From Bacteroidales bacterium (GTDB lineage: Bacteria > Bacteroidota > Bacteroidia > Bacteroidales > Lentimicrobiaceae): a DNA stretch of 64,000 bases. Each line of letters starts with the position of its first letter. Position 1 is the stretch's first letter. The notes beneath the pieces were generated by a model. The model was not told where the DNA came from and ran no database searches. It worked only from the letters and a program-made list of their open reading frames with translations. Of the stretch, positions 54,501 through 64,000 are shown in pieces. The DNA is taken from positions 42,757 through 106,756 of the forward strand of contig JAGXGB010000026.1 in the NCBI GenBank assembly GCA_024636955.1, in the 5' to 3' direction. The position numbers and the translations under genes are program-made.

Positions 54501-57221
54501 TTATCCGCACTTTGAGTATCCGCAATGCTTGCATGTTAAGCAGCCTTCCTTGTATATCAGACCGTCTTTTTCTTTACACGATGGGCATTCAGTTTTATCA
54601 TTAGCCTTGGTTCCATCAGGTATATAACGTTTAAGGGACCTTACAACGCCATTTTTCCAGGTATTGATACTGTCATTGTCAAAAGTCAGGTTATCAATCA
54701 GGTTAACCAGGAAAGGCAAAGGCATTCCATGTCTTAATATGCCGGAAATAAGCTTGGCATAATTCCAGTACTCCTTATTAAACGAACGTGAAAGCCCTTC
54801 GAAAGTGATTTTATAACCCTCTTTATCAAGGAATTGGAAATCATATCGTGCTTTAGAGTTGCCTTCTTTACTCTTTATTACCCATCCTTTGGTTACCCAT
54901 GGAGGTAGGAAGAAGCCTTCAGCCTTACCTGTAAAAACCTCATAAGGCTTATTGTTTAACAGTCCAATCACAGCTATCCACTTTTCGTAATCATTTTGAA
55001 ATCTTACAATTTCAGCTTCAAGCTTTACTGGCCGGGGGGGCGCTTTTGTTTCATGGAACTCAGTTTCTTCCTTTACAGGCTTGTCATTGCTAACAAGCAC
55101 ACCTGCGCGTGAACCATCACGGTAAATGGTCATTCCTTTGCATCCGCTTTCCCAAGCAGTTAAATATACCTGGCTAACCAGATCTTCAGTTGCTTCCTTT
55201 GGTAAATTTACTGTAACACTTATAGAGTGATCAACCCATTTCTGGATCTCACCCTGCATCTTTACTTTATTCAACCAATTGATGTCATTACTGGTTGCCT
55301 TGTAATATGGTGACTTTTCAATCAGAGGCTCAAGGTGGGCTTCATCATAAAGCTTTACTGCATCAGGGTCGTATCCATTGACTTTCAGCCACTCAACGAA
55401 TTTTGGATGGAATACATTATACTCTTCCCATGAATCACCTATGTCATCAACGAATGTTATATTTACATTCTTGTCGTTCGGGTTTACTTTCCGCCTACGC
55501 TTATAACTTACCATGAACACAGGTTCAATACCTGAAGTGGTTTGAGTGCATATACTAACACTACCGGTAGGAGCAATTGTAAGCATTGCTATATTGCGCC
55601 TTCCATATTTCCGCATCTTTTCATAAACTTCAGGGGATGCTTCTTTTAAGCGCTGAATGAATGGATTATTCTTCTCCCTATCGAAGTCGTAAACAGGAAA
55701 TGCTCCTCTTTCTTTTGCAAGGTCAGCACTTGCGCCATAAACCTCAGTGGCAAGTATTTTGTGCACATTAACTGAAAAATTTGTTGCATCCTGTGTACCA
55801 TATCGTAAGCCCAGTGCAGCAAGCATATCTCCTTCAGCAGTGATGCCTATACCAGTACGACGTCCTTTGATGGTCTTTGCCTTAATGTTCTCCCATAATT
55901 TCCGTTCAATGCGCTTTATTTCTTCATCTTCAGGATCATTATTTATTTTGGCAATTATTGCATCAATTTTCTCAGCTTCAAGATCAATAATGTCATCCAT
56001 TATTCGCAAAGCAAGAGCTGCATGCTTGCGGAACAAGTTATAGTTAAAAGCAGCCTCAGGTGTAAAAGGATTTTCTACATAACTATAAAGGTTTATAGCT
56101 ATCAACCGGCAACTATCGTATGGACACAAAGGTATCTCACCACAAGGATTGGTTGAAAGTGTTTTGAACCCCAGGTCAGCATAACAATCGGGCACTGATT
56201 CCCTCAGAACGGTATCCCAGAACAATACACCGGGCTCAGCTGATCTCCAGGCATTATGGATGATCTTATTCCACAATGCTGATGAATCGATTTCTGATAC
56301 CTTTAACGGATTATCAGAATTAATGGGATACTGCTGACGATAAGGTGTGCCATTCTTCACTGATTCCATAAAGGCATCATCTATTTTCACTGATACATTG
56401 GCACCTGTAACTTTACCCTGCTCCAGTTTAGCATCAATAAATTTCTCTGCATCAGGATGCCTAACTGAAATGGTAAGCATTAATGCACCGCGGCGACCAT
56501 CTTGTGCAACTTCACGAGTTGAATTTGAATATCGCTCCATAAAAGGTACGATACCTGTTGAAGTTAATGCGCTGTTCTTTACCGGGCTTCCTGTAGGTCT
56601 TATATGAGAAAGATCATGTCCAACTCCACCTCTGCGTTTCATGAGTTGCACCTGTTCCTGATCAATCTTCATTATACCACCATACGAATCATAATTTCCA
56701 TCTCCTCCAATAACAAAACAATTGCTTAGCGATGAAACCTGGAAATTATTACCAATGCCAGCCATTGGACTACCCTGAGGGATGATGTACTTGAAGTTTT
56801 TAAATGCCTCAAAAATAACTTCCTCACTTACCGGGTCAGGGTACTTTGATTCAATGCGGGCAATTTCTGATGCAAGCCTGTGGTGCATATCATCAGGCGT
56901 AAGTTCATAGATATTGCCATCACTATCTTTTAGTGCATACTTATGCATCCAAACATTAGCTGCCAGGTTATCACCTGCAAAATAGGCTGTAGCCTTTGCA
57001 AGTATTTCTTCATCAGAGTATGCTTTATAGTCTGAAGCCGGAGTTGCAGGCTTAGTTATAATTTTAGTATTCATTGGTTTTTCCAGTAATGCGTTTTGTT
57101 CTTCAACAAGTTCCCTTGCAGGTCTTACACGTTTTTCCAGCATCTCATCGTAAAAGCCTTTACTTCTTGAGTCGGTAAGTGAAGTATTTTCTTCCAATTG
57201 TGCGAAAAGGTTGCTTTCCAT
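54501..57221 (-). CDS. nrdJ: Class II (adenosylcobalamin-dependent) ribonucleotide reductase
   Basis: 906 aa. Active-site blocks LSTNPCGEIPL and TIAPTGS, plus a C-terminal Cys-rich zinc-finger tail CPSCKEKDGLIYKEGCLTCKHCGYSKCG, which is common in class II RNRs. Confidence 0.9.
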   Translation of the reverse strand: MESNLFAQLEENTSLTDSRSKGFYDEMLEKRVRPARELVEEQNALLEKPMNTKIITKPATPASDYKAYSDEEILAKATAYFAGDNLAANVWMHKYALKDSDGNIYELTPDDMHHRLASEIARIESKYPDPVSEEVIFEAFKNFKYIIPQGSPMAGIGNNFQVSSLSNCFVIGGDGNYDSYGGIMKIDQEQVQLMKRRGGVGHDLSHIRPTGSPVKNSALTSTGIVPFMERYSNSTREVAQDGRRGALMLTISVRHPDAEKFIDAKLEQGKVTGANVSVKIDDAFMESVKNGTPYRQQYPINSDNPLKVSEIDSSALWNKIIHNAWRSAEPGVLFWDTVLRESVPDCYADLGFKTLSTNPCGEIPLCPYDSCRLIAINLYSYVENPFTPEAAFNYNLFRKHAALALRIMDDIIDLEAEKIDAIIAKINNDPEDEEIKRIERKLWENIKAKTIKGRRTGIGITAEGDMLAALGLRYGTQDATNFSVNVHKILATEVYGASADLAKERGAFPVYDFDREKNNPFIQRLKEASPEVYEKMRKYGRRNIAMLTIAPTGSVSICTQTTSGIEPVFMVSYKRRRKVNPNDKNVNITFVDDIGDSWEEYNVFHPKFVEWLKVNGYDPDAVKLYDEAHLEPLIEKSPYYKATSNDINWLNKVKMQGEIQKWVDHSISVTVNLPKEATEDLVSQVYLTAWESGCKGMTIYRDGSRAGVLVSNDKPVKEETEFHETKAPPRPVKLEAEIVRFQNDYEKWIAVIGLLNNKPYEVFTGKAEGFFLPPWVTKGWVIKSKEGNSKARYDFQFLDKEGYKITFEGLSRSFNKEYWNYAKLISGILRHGMPLPFLVNLIDNLTFDNDSINTWKNGVVRSLKRYIPDGTKANDKTECPSCKEKDGLIYKEGCLTCKHCGYSKCG

Positions 57222-57689
57222 AGATCCGGTTAAAATGATTGTTAATTGTAATTACCCGAGCTTTCAATTTGACTGATTTTGAGCATCAAATTCTCATTGA
57301 GGACGGGCTTGTAATTGTACGACAATATACAATTATAAAACTGTCAACTCATAGCGTTAGGTAAAAGTACTTATCAACAAAATGTGTTTAACTATCTCTG
57401 TTAGAGCGAATTAAATTCTTAATAAGTTATTTTTACCTGTTTTTTGATACTTTGCACCTCTATTTCACAACCAAATTGTTAGACCTAATTTTGGTTCAAG
57501 ATGCTGATTTATCGCTTAGTACAAAGTATAGAATTTACGAACAAACTCCAGGTTAATTAGTTTTGCAAATTTCCATATTACGAAGGTTCAAAGCATATTT
57601 TTAATAGAGATTTTTTTAAAAGTTACTAACAAGCGCCCAAGGAATAAATATCAGTATGTATTTTAAAAGTTATTATATTATAGAACAAG

Positions 57690-57712
57690 AAAAAAGTCTA
57701 CCGGACCGGCAG
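57690..57712 (-). terminator. Possible terminator of the 1084-aa outer-membrane protein gene
   Basis: The minus strand reads CTGCCGGTCCGGTAG (6-bp stem including one G-U pair, 3-nt loop), then AC and TTTTTT. It lies about 116 nt after the stop codon. Confidence 0.3.
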
Positions 57713-57827
57713 CAGGATTAATTGAGGCTGGGCTTGAATGTTTAGGTCGCTTTGCTTGGCGACTCTTCACAAAATGGCAACCATAAATTACAAAATGCCA
57801 GAGATAAGGATGTAAATCGCAATTATA

Positions 57828-60800
57828 TTAGAAGTCCAAACTTAAAGAAACATAGAAAATGGGCTTACTGATCTCAAAATCTTCAACGCCCCATGCGTAA
57901 TCAGCTCTTACGAAGTAGCCCAAAATGCGTGATCTTAAGCCTACGCCGTAACCTGCAACGATTGGTTCACGTTGTTCACGAACTGTAATTACCAATGGAC
58001 CCTCAAATATTTTCCTGGTAAACAAAGAGTTCTCATCAGAGTATGGAGTTGAACCCGTCCAGGCTGTGCCAACATCAGCAAATCCTACTATTTGAAAGTT
58101 GTTGAAGAAGTCAGATCTCAGGGGTCTGTTTGCCAGATATTTGATCACTGGAAACCTTATTTCACTGTTTATAACAGCGAATGAATTGCCGTTTCTCACG
58201 TTTTGATTAAATCCCCGCATATTAGTAGCAAGGGTTTGATATGCATAGTTTTGTGAATAGTCAATTGGTGCTTCACGGGTAAACTTTGGTGTGAGCCAAG
58301 TATCAACACCTCCCATATAATAGATGAGTTTACTGCGTCCAAAAGAGGTGCTGGTTGCAAATCGGTTAGCCCATATAAGTGTTCGATGAATTGGCAAATA
58401 GTGCCTTATATCAAACCCAACGACTATCATGTTAGTGTTGCGTTCATTTCCTTCTATCTGGTGATAATACTCACCAAAAGCTTTGAATCGAAGCCCATCA
58501 TAAAGGTTTACACCTAACGAACGAGTAGCATCGTATGTGAGATCCAGTTTCCCTGAAACCCAATAACGGTTAACATCAGGTAAGCGAAGATTAAATTGAT
58601 CTGTTGACATAAATATTGCTCTATCCTTCCTTACTGAAGCGGTTCCTTTTATACTCAATAATGGATTGAAGGGATACTTAAGAATATAGTGCAACTCATG
58701 TATTCTATATCGGACTATTGAATAAAGACCTGTTTGTTCTATGGATTGCCGATGAAAGTATATTTCTCGGTCGAGCCGATGCTTCAGGTTTGCAATGCTT
58801 ATAACATATTCATTATTAACCAGGTTGAAGTCGAGTCTTACACCGGCAACAATACGGTAGTCTTCAAGCAGGTCGGTCATTCCAATTTTAAAAAAGGCAT
58901 TTAACCCGGGAGTCAGGAATATTGGGCCTGTGCCTCCTGAAAACGGTTGATACGATGCACTTAGGAATGTAAAGTCAAGCTGATTAACCAACTCATTAAT
59001 AGTGTACTCAACGTTGTAGTTACGTGCTTTTGGAGGAGTAAACCCATCAGTTGTTGTATCAACTTCCGCAACTGGCCGTTCATATAATATTGAAGGACTT
59101 TCAGGTGATCTCTCATCCAAAGTATCAGTTTCATCACTGTATACATTCATAAAGCGTGGCAATTTCCTGATAGGCTCAACCACTGCTTCTTCCATCTGTT
59201 GCTTTTCGAAAGCAGTTAGTTTCTGCTGCATGAAAAGTGTACTCTTGATACTCAGGGGTTGAACAGTTGAAGCCGGGGGACGCTCAGTGACAGAAATGGG
59301 CCACTTTTTTCCTGTATTGATAATCTCCGCCATTTTACCAGATCTGTTTGAGATATCATGACTAAAGATGTTACGTGGATAGTCGGTAGTTAGATACTTG
59401 CGGGTAAAAAATCGGTAATGTGCTGCAGTATCAACATGTGTGATAGCACTGTCAAGCCGCGCTATGTATCGATTATAGATTCCTGTTTGATCACTTATGT
59501 AGGTAAGATACCCCTGCTCATATTCCATCGGGTGAAGCTCATTTGCATTTGGGCTATCAGTCACCCTTCTAAGCACATCGCTCTTGTCGGCATAATTATA
59601 AATAAACAAGTCATGATTTCCAGAAAGCCCGGGTTTGTTTATCTTAACATTGTTTTCAAGTGTATCGCTTTTACGATTTGAACTGAAAATGATTTCATCT
59701 CCACCTCTCAGGAATGACGGATTAAGGTCATTATAAATGTCTTGTGTAAGCTGATCAGAAGAAGCTGAAGCAATATTAAATACGAACAGATCACTTTGGC
59801 CTCTTCTGATGGCAGAGAAAACAAGGTTACGTCCATCAGGTGAGTATGACATTGAAAGAATCTTCTGATAACCAAATATGAACTGCTTAGTCTTTTTTCT
59901 GGTTTGAAGGTTTATCTGGTTAAAAACAATTTGACCTTTCCTTTCAGTTATTAAAGATAGAATGCTACCGCCAGGATGGAAGTCAATAATGGGATATGAA
60001 AGATCGTTTTTTTCATCCAGCCGATGGCCTTGTTTATAAATGCGGCGGGTTTTATTTTTAATGTTATCATGTACCCATACCTTTACGAGGCCTGAGTGAT
60101 TACTTACCCATGCAGTATATTTACCTGTTGGATCAAGTTTAACCTGATCATTTACCACATCCTTTCTAAGCTTTTTATTTACATCATGTTCGGGTACTTT
60201 TTGCCGCTCCGCAGACTGGGAGTATCGGGTTTGCATCTCTGAATACCATTCTTTCAGGAGGTTCTTGAATGATATATTAAGGACATAAAGAAAGCCTGTT
60301 TCAACATTCCGGCTCATTCGAGCCAAATAAACTATATTAGGAATACTCTGTGCGCCATACTTTTCAGCGATATATCTCCATATAGCGTGTCCAGCTATAA
60401 TAGCATCCTCACCTGCCAGATGATTGAACTTGCGATACTTATCAGACAATACACCTTCTCTTAATTTATTATCAAGTTCGGTATTCCAACCTTCAGAAAG
60501 ATATGATACCAGTCCATCAATAAACCAGGAAGGCATGTTCATAACGGTAGAATTTGTTATTTGCCTTCCAACAGAACCTCCGTAAATAGTTTGGTCAATT
60601 AATACCCTGGCCATGCCTGCTTTAAGTTGTTTTTCAAAACTGGCATAATTACCGTCGAAATAAACAAAAACCTTGTTGCCTACTATATGTGTAATACCTC
60701 CAATATTATATTGCTGCTCATTAATTAAACCTATGTTGCTTTGCTTAAGGTCAGTAAGCGAGTTAAAGATGATGAACTGAATTTTGTCGCTGTAACGGTT

Positions 60801-61082
60801 ATCAAGTATTTCTTCCAGTTCGGGAATAGTTTCACGCGCGTACCGGGCAGTGTAATTGGCAAGCTCCTTACCATTAAGGTAAAAATAGACATCAAAATCA
60901 GGTAATCTGTAGTAAGTCCAAAGAAAATCGTTGTATTGAACCCGACTTTTCCCAAACGGCATCTGTGATCCATTGTAGAATTGCGCCTGCACTTTGCTAT
61001 TATCCGATACAAACACGAATAATAACAGTATTATCTTATAGATAATCAAGCGAGTATATTGTATTCTGAGCGGTTGCATCAT
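57828..61082 (-). CDS. Outer-membrane protein with PD40/TolB-type propeller repeats and a C-terminal Omp85/BamA-type beta-barrel
   Basis: 1084 aa. Signal peptide ends KVQAQ. PD40-like blades include SDLFVFNIASASSDQLTQDIYNDLNPSF and HDLFIYNYADKSDVLRRVTDSPNANELHPM. The C-terminus GVGLRSRILGYFVRADYAWG...FYVSLSLDF matches the Omp85 terminal motif and ends in Phe. Confidence 0.6.
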   Translation of the reverse strand: MMQPLRIQYTRLIIYKIILLLFVFVSDNSKVQAQFYNGSQMPFGKSRVQYNDFLWTYYRLPDFDVYFYLNGKELANYTARYARETIPELEEILDNRYSDKIQFIIFNSLTDLKQSNIGLINEQQYNIGGITHIVGNKVFVYFDGNYASFEKQLKAGMARVLIDQTIYGGSVGRQITNSTVMNMPSWFIDGLVSYLSEGWNTELDNKLREGVLSDKYRKFNHLAGEDAIIAGHAIWRYIAEKYGAQSIPNIVYLARMSRNVETGFLYVLNISFKNLLKEWYSEMQTRYSQSAERQKVPEHDVNKKLRKDVVNDQVKLDPTGKYTAWVSNHSGLVKVWVHDNIKNKTRRIYKQGHRLDEKNDLSYPIIDFHPGGSILSLITERKGQIVFNQINLQTRKKTKQFIFGYQKILSMSYSPDGRNLVFSAIRRGQSDLFVFNIASASSDQLTQDIYNDLNPSFLRGGDEIIFSSNRKSDTLENNVKINKPGLSGNHDLFIYNYADKSDVLRRVTDSPNANELHPMEYEQGYLTYISDQTGIYNRYIARLDSAITHVDTAAHYRFFTRKYLTTDYPRNIFSHDISNRSGKMAEIINTGKKWPISVTERPPASTVQPLSIKSTLFMQQKLTAFEKQQMEEAVVEPIRKLPRFMNVYSDETDTLDERSPESPSILYERPVAEVDTTTDGFTPPKARNYNVEYTINELVNQLDFTFLSASYQPFSGGTGPIFLTPGLNAFFKIGMTDLLEDYRIVAGVRLDFNLVNNEYVISIANLKHRLDREIYFHRQSIEQTGLYSIVRYRIHELHYILKYPFNPLLSIKGTASVRKDRAIFMSTDQFNLRLPDVNRYWVSGKLDLTYDATRSLGVNLYDGLRFKAFGEYYHQIEGNERNTNMIVVGFDIRHYLPIHRTLIWANRFATSTSFGRSKLIYYMGGVDTWLTPKFTREAPIDYSQNYAYQTLATNMRGFNQNVRNGNSFAVINSEIRFPVIKYLANRPLRSDFFNNFQIVGFADVGTAWTGSTPYSDENSLFTRKIFEGPLVITVREQREPIVAGYGVGLRSRILGYFVRADYAWGVEDFEISKPIFYVSLSLDF

Positions 61083-61177
61083 TGATAGTAAAAGGAAATG
61101 CTAATTTAACGTAATATTCCTAATTATGGTACAAGACATAACAAACTGTATGGCAGTTGTGTTATTATTCAAATGAT

Positions 61178-61185
61178 TAAATTTG
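61178..61185 (+). promoter_or_regulatory. Candidate -7 box TAaaTTTG for the MBL-fold hydrolase gene
   Basis: Exact TAnnTTTG 36 nt upstream of ATG 61221. Confidence 0.4.
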
Positions 61186-61220
61186 CGGTCTAAACCACTT
61201 TTATTAACCTTTTTATTAAT

Positions 61221-61859
61221 ATGATTAACGTTAAATCACTCACATTTAATCTCTTCTCAACAAATACGTTTGTACTATCAGATGAAACGCTACAATGCAT
61301 TATCATTGACCCGGCATGCGGCAACCCTTCAGAAGAGGAAGAACTCTCAACTTATATTAAGGGTAAGAACCTCATTCCGGTGGCTCAAATAATTACGCAT
61401 TACCATATTGACCATATACTTGGAGTAAAGTATATTAAAGAAACATACGGAATTGGAGCTACAGCCCATCCTGATGGGAAGGTATTCTGGGATGTAGAAC
61501 CCGGTATTAGAAATGAATACGGCATGAATAGTGATGCCATTATTCCACCTGATCATTTTATAAAAGAGGGTGATAAAGTTGTGTTTGGCAATTCAGAACT
61601 TTCGGTTTTAGATGTCCCGGGGCATGCCGATGGAAGTATATGCCTAATAAATTATCCACAGCAGTTTGTAATGGCTGGTGACGTATTATTCTACGGAAGT
61701 ATTGGCAGAACGGACCTTCCAACAGGGGATTTCGATTTATTAAAGACAAACATCCTCAGTAAGCTCTTCACGCTTGATGATAATTTCACAGTTTACTCGG
61801 GGCATGGTCAGAAGACTAATATAGGAATGGAGCGGTTGCACAATCCTTATATTTATTAA
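61221..61859 (+). CDS. MBL-fold metallo-hydrolase (glyoxalase II-like)
   Basis: 212 aa with the HxHxDH motif THYHIDHILG and later GHADGS and GRTD blocks. Confidence 0.85.
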   Translation: MINVKSLTFNLFSTNTFVLSDETLQCIIIDPACGNPSEEEELSTYIKGKNLIPVAQIITHYHIDHILGVKYIKETYGIGATAHPDGKVFWDVEPGIRNEYGMNSDAIIPPDHFIKEGDKVVFGNSELSVLDVPGHADGSICLINYPQQFVMAGDVLFYGSIGRTDLPTGDFDLLKTNILSKLFTLDDNFTVYSGHGQKTNIGMERLHNPYIY

Positions 61860-61868
61860 GTTCTCGGA

Positions 61869-62870
61869 TCAGGAGTTTCTTTTAGATATAACTCCATTAA
61901 TAAAATCAGCGATTTCGCTAATATTCTGTCTTTTCATACAGTTGAAGTGTTTGAGGGGGCACTCCTTATAGCCAATCTTACTGCAAGGACGGCACTTCAG
62001 GTTTTGTACTTCCGCTATTAGGGAAGGTGTTGAATTTTTGAGATATGGGTACATGCCAAATTCAGGAACAGTGTTTCCCCATATTGACGCAATTGGTTTT
62101 TCAAAGGCAGCAGCAATATGCATAAGGCCTGTATCATTGGATATAACAGCTACTGACTGCTTCACCAATGAGGCTGACTGCATAATGTTATAATTCCCGC
62201 AAAGGTTCAAAGCTTTTCCTCCTGTAAGCTTAGAAATCACTTCACCCCGTTCGCGATCTTCTTTTCCACCTAATAAAACGGTAGGCAAATTAATTAATTT
62301 AGACAATTCCGCTACCCTATCGGCTGGTAGTATTTTTGTATTATGATTGCCGCCAATCACAATAGCAACGTACCCATCATCTATTTTAGGAAGTTCAACA
62401 TTAATATCCAGATTTTCGTCTTCAGGAATGAAAAAATCCAGTCCCTTACCGTCATTAGTTATACCAAGTGGATACGCTGCTTCAAGGTAACGCTCCACAA
62501 TATGCTTTTTAGGAAGCATTTTTATTTTAAACTGTACCAAAAGCCATTTTTTCAAATTCAATTTATTGAATGAAGTGTGTGGCTTTTGCAAGGATAATAG
62601 TACCCTGTTTGAACGAAGGTTTTTATGGAGATCAATAATATGGGTAAATTTCTCTTCTTTGAGTTGTGGTAAAACTTCCGACAAACTCTTTTCAAAAGTC
62701 CATACCTTATCTATATGAGGGTTACTCTCCACTATTACCGCAAACTTTTTCTTAGTTACATAATGTATGGAAATATCCTTCAACTGCTCATCCAAACATC
62801 TTAAAACAGGAGAAGTGAGAACAATATCACCAATTGAACTAAATCTGATAACAAGAAGTTTTAATGGCAT
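61869..62870 (-). CDS. Glycosyltransferase family 9 (heptosyltransferase-like)
   Basis: 333 aa with N-terminus LLVIRFSSIGDIVLTSPVLRCL and C-terminal NDTGLMHIAAA, both typical of GT9. Confidence 0.8.
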   Translation of the reverse strand: MPLKLLVIRFSSIGDIVLTSPVLRCLDEQLKDISIHYVTKKKFAVIVESNPHIDKVWTFEKSLSEVLPQLKEEKFTHIIDLHKNLRSNRVLLSLQKPHTSFNKLNLKKWLLVQFKIKMLPKKHIVERYLEAAYPLGITNDGKGLDFFIPEDENLDINVELPKIDDGYVAIVIGGNHNTKILPADRVAELSKLINLPTVLLGGKEDRERGEVISKLTGGKALNLCGNYNIMQSASLVKQSVAVISNDTGLMHIAAAFEKPIASIWGNTVPEFGMYPYLKNSTPSLIAEVQNLKCRPCSKIGYKECPLKHFNCMKRQNISEIADFINGVISKRNS

Positions 62871-62888
62871 AGTTTACTGTTGATAAAG

Positions 62889-62896
62889 CAAAAATA
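62889..62896 (-). promoter_or_regulatory. Candidate -7 box (TAttTTTG on the minus strand) for the GT9 gene
   Basis: The plus strand reads CAAAaaTA 19 nt upstream of start 62870. Confidence 0.4.
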
Positions 62897-62935
62897 CATC
62901 AAACTACCCTGTTAACAATAAACTAATCGATTTAG

Positions 62936-62943
62936 TACCTTTG
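62936..62943 (+). promoter_or_regulatory. Candidate -7 box TAccTTTG for tatD
   Basis: Exact TAnnTTTG ending 4 nt before ATG 62948, on the divergent side from the GT9 promoter. Confidence 0.4.
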
Positions 62944-62947
62944 TGCC

Positions 62948-63718
62948 ATGTATTTCATTGATACTCATACTCACCTATATCTTGAAGAGTTTGCCCACGA
63001 CAGGCAACAGGTAGTAAATTCTGCTTTGGCGGCGAATGTTCAAAAAATGATGCTGCCAAATATTGACAGTTCGTCTATTGACGGCATGCTTGGTTTGGCA
63101 GATCAGTACCCGGATAATTGCCTGCCGATGATTGGGCTTCATCCCACCTCAGTGAAAGATGATTATTTGAATGAAATTGCAATTGTGGAGAAATGGATAA
63201 ATGCACGGAAGTTTTATGCCATTGGAGAATGCGGCATTGACTTGTACTGGGACAAAGAACATGCTGTGCAGCAAGAATTTGTTTTCAGGCATCATATTGA
63301 CCTTGCTCGAACACACAACCTACCAATTGTAGTTCACATACGTGATTCGTTCAATGAAGTGATTCAAATATTAAAGGATGAGAATAAAAGTGACATCAGA
63401 GGTATTTTCCATTGCTTTTCAGGTTCAGTTGAACAGGCAGAACAAGCTATTAAATATGGATTCAGTTTAGGATTGGGAGGTGTAATAACTTTTAAAAATA
63501 ATAAGATGCAAGAAACGCTGAAACATGTTGATTTAAGGCATCTTGTTCTTGAAACTGATGCGCCATTTCTTGCACCGGTACCATATAGGGGTAAGAGAAA
63601 CGAGCCATCATACATACCGAATATAGCACAAATGGTAGCCAATATAAAAGGGATAACCCTTGATCAGGTTACTGAAGCCACTACTATTAATGCAGAAAAA
63701 CTTTTTCAACTAACCTGA
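62948..63718 (+). CDS. tatD: TatD-family metal-dependent hydrolase (DNase)
   Basis: 256 aa with FIDTHTHL, IGECGIDLY, VVHIRD, FHCFSG and LETDAPFL. Confidence 0.9.
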   Translation: MYFIDTHTHLYLEEFAHDRQQVVNSALAANVQKMMLPNIDSSSIDGMLGLADQYPDNCLPMIGLHPTSVKDDYLNEIAIVEKWINARKFYAIGECGIDLYWDKEHAVQQEFVFRHHIDLARTHNLPIVVHIRDSFNEVIQILKDENKSDIRGIFHCFSGSVEQAEQAIKYGFSLGLGGVITFKNNKMQETLKHVDLRHLVLETDAPFLAPVPYRGKRNEPSYIPNIAQMVANIKGITLDQVTEATTINAEKLFQLT

Positions 63719-63769
63719 TGTCTAATCAAAGGTATAATCAGAGATATTCAACGCAGATTTATAAAAGGC

Positions 63770-64000
63770 ATGACTAACAGCAGTAAGAATCCACGAATAC
63801 TGGTTATTTATACCGGGGGAACCATTGGAATGATACGTAATACCGAAACAGGTGCCTTAACTCCTTTCAACTTTGATGCCCTCTATAGACATATCCCGAT
63901 ACTTGAGACATTTAATTGCCTTATTGAGAGTTATAGTTTCGACCCTTTGATTGATTCATCAAATATGAAACCAGCTTTCTGGATCAAGCTGGCTGAGGTG
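63770..64000 (+). CDS. ansA: Type I L-asparaginase, N-terminal 77 codons (truncated by the window edge)
   Basis: My own translation is MTNSSKNPRILVIYTGGTIGMIRNTETGALTPF... It contains the asparaginase TGGTIG threonine motif, and the frame stays open to the window end. Confidence 0.75.
   Translation, partial: MTNSSKNPRILVIYTGGTIGMIRNTETGALTPFNFDALYRHIPILETFNCLIESYSFDPLIDSSNMKPAFWIKLAEV

Noticed and set aside
57311-57340. A possible NrdR box in the nrdJ upstream region (ACAATATACAAT-like AT-rich palindrome).
   Set aside because: It does not fit the 16-bp NrdR palindrome well. The characteristic tandem pair of boxes at helical spacing is absent. I kept it only as a generic inverted repeat within the nrdJ-leader finding.
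57696-57712. AGTCTACCGGACCGGCAG, which partly resembles the cobalamin-riboswitch B12 box (GACCGGC core) and lies near the B12-dependent nrdJ gene.
   Set aside because: The match is only partial and it is on the plus strand, where no downstream gene would be regulated. The other conserved riboswitch elements are not evident. It is better explained as the terminator hairpin of the upstream minus-strand gene.
1-64000. A search for mobile elements, prophage or defence islands, CRISPR arrays, tRNA and rRNA genes.
   Set aside because: I found no transposase, integrase, recombinase or phage-like ORFs, and no spaced direct-repeat arrays. No intergenic gap shows tRNA-like conserved arms or is long enough for rRNA. 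The window looks like core chromosome.

Overview
Gene-dense, apparently core chromosomal segment of a Bacteroidota genome. The phylum call rests on three things: two cargo proteins with type IX secretion (T9SS) C-terminal sorting domains, S46 dipeptidyl-peptidases, and many TAnnTTTG -7 promoter boxes just upstream of start codons. I support about 50 protein-coding genes. I found no rRNA, tRNA, CRISPR array, transposase, integrase or prophage genes. The dominant theme is extracellular and periplasmic proteolysis with amino-acid uptake. It comprises two convergent DPP7-like S46 peptidases, an atypical M49 (DPP III-like) lipoprotein, a tandem pair of ~1300-aa gingipain-family C25 proteases, an M20 amidohydrolase, an APC amino-acid permease and an asparaginase. 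The rest is envelope and housekeeping: MlaEF-CvpA, a MacAB-like ABC efflux operon, MsbA-like, LolE-like, NhaA, NrdJ, RbfA, TatD, Tag, MtnA, YgiQ, a polyprenyl synthase and three two-component modules. I see no clear-cut novel defence or mobile system. The candidates most worth follow-up are: (1) the tandem C25 pair, whose second member looks like a close Arg-gingipain relative; (2) a 1084-aa outer-membrane protein with PD40 propeller repeats joined to an Omp85-type barrel; (3) a translationally coupled CYTH / membrane MutS-like ATPase pair sitting between the S46 paralogues, with a 66-bp tandem duplication of its 3' end; (4) a radical-SAM / pterin-4a-carbinolamine dehydratase / 25-aa-repeat protein cluster; (5) MlaEF coupled to CvpA instead of an MCE protein; (6) a ~600-bp gene-free region upstream of nrdJ. 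All functional calls come from motif recognition by eye and no database search was run.
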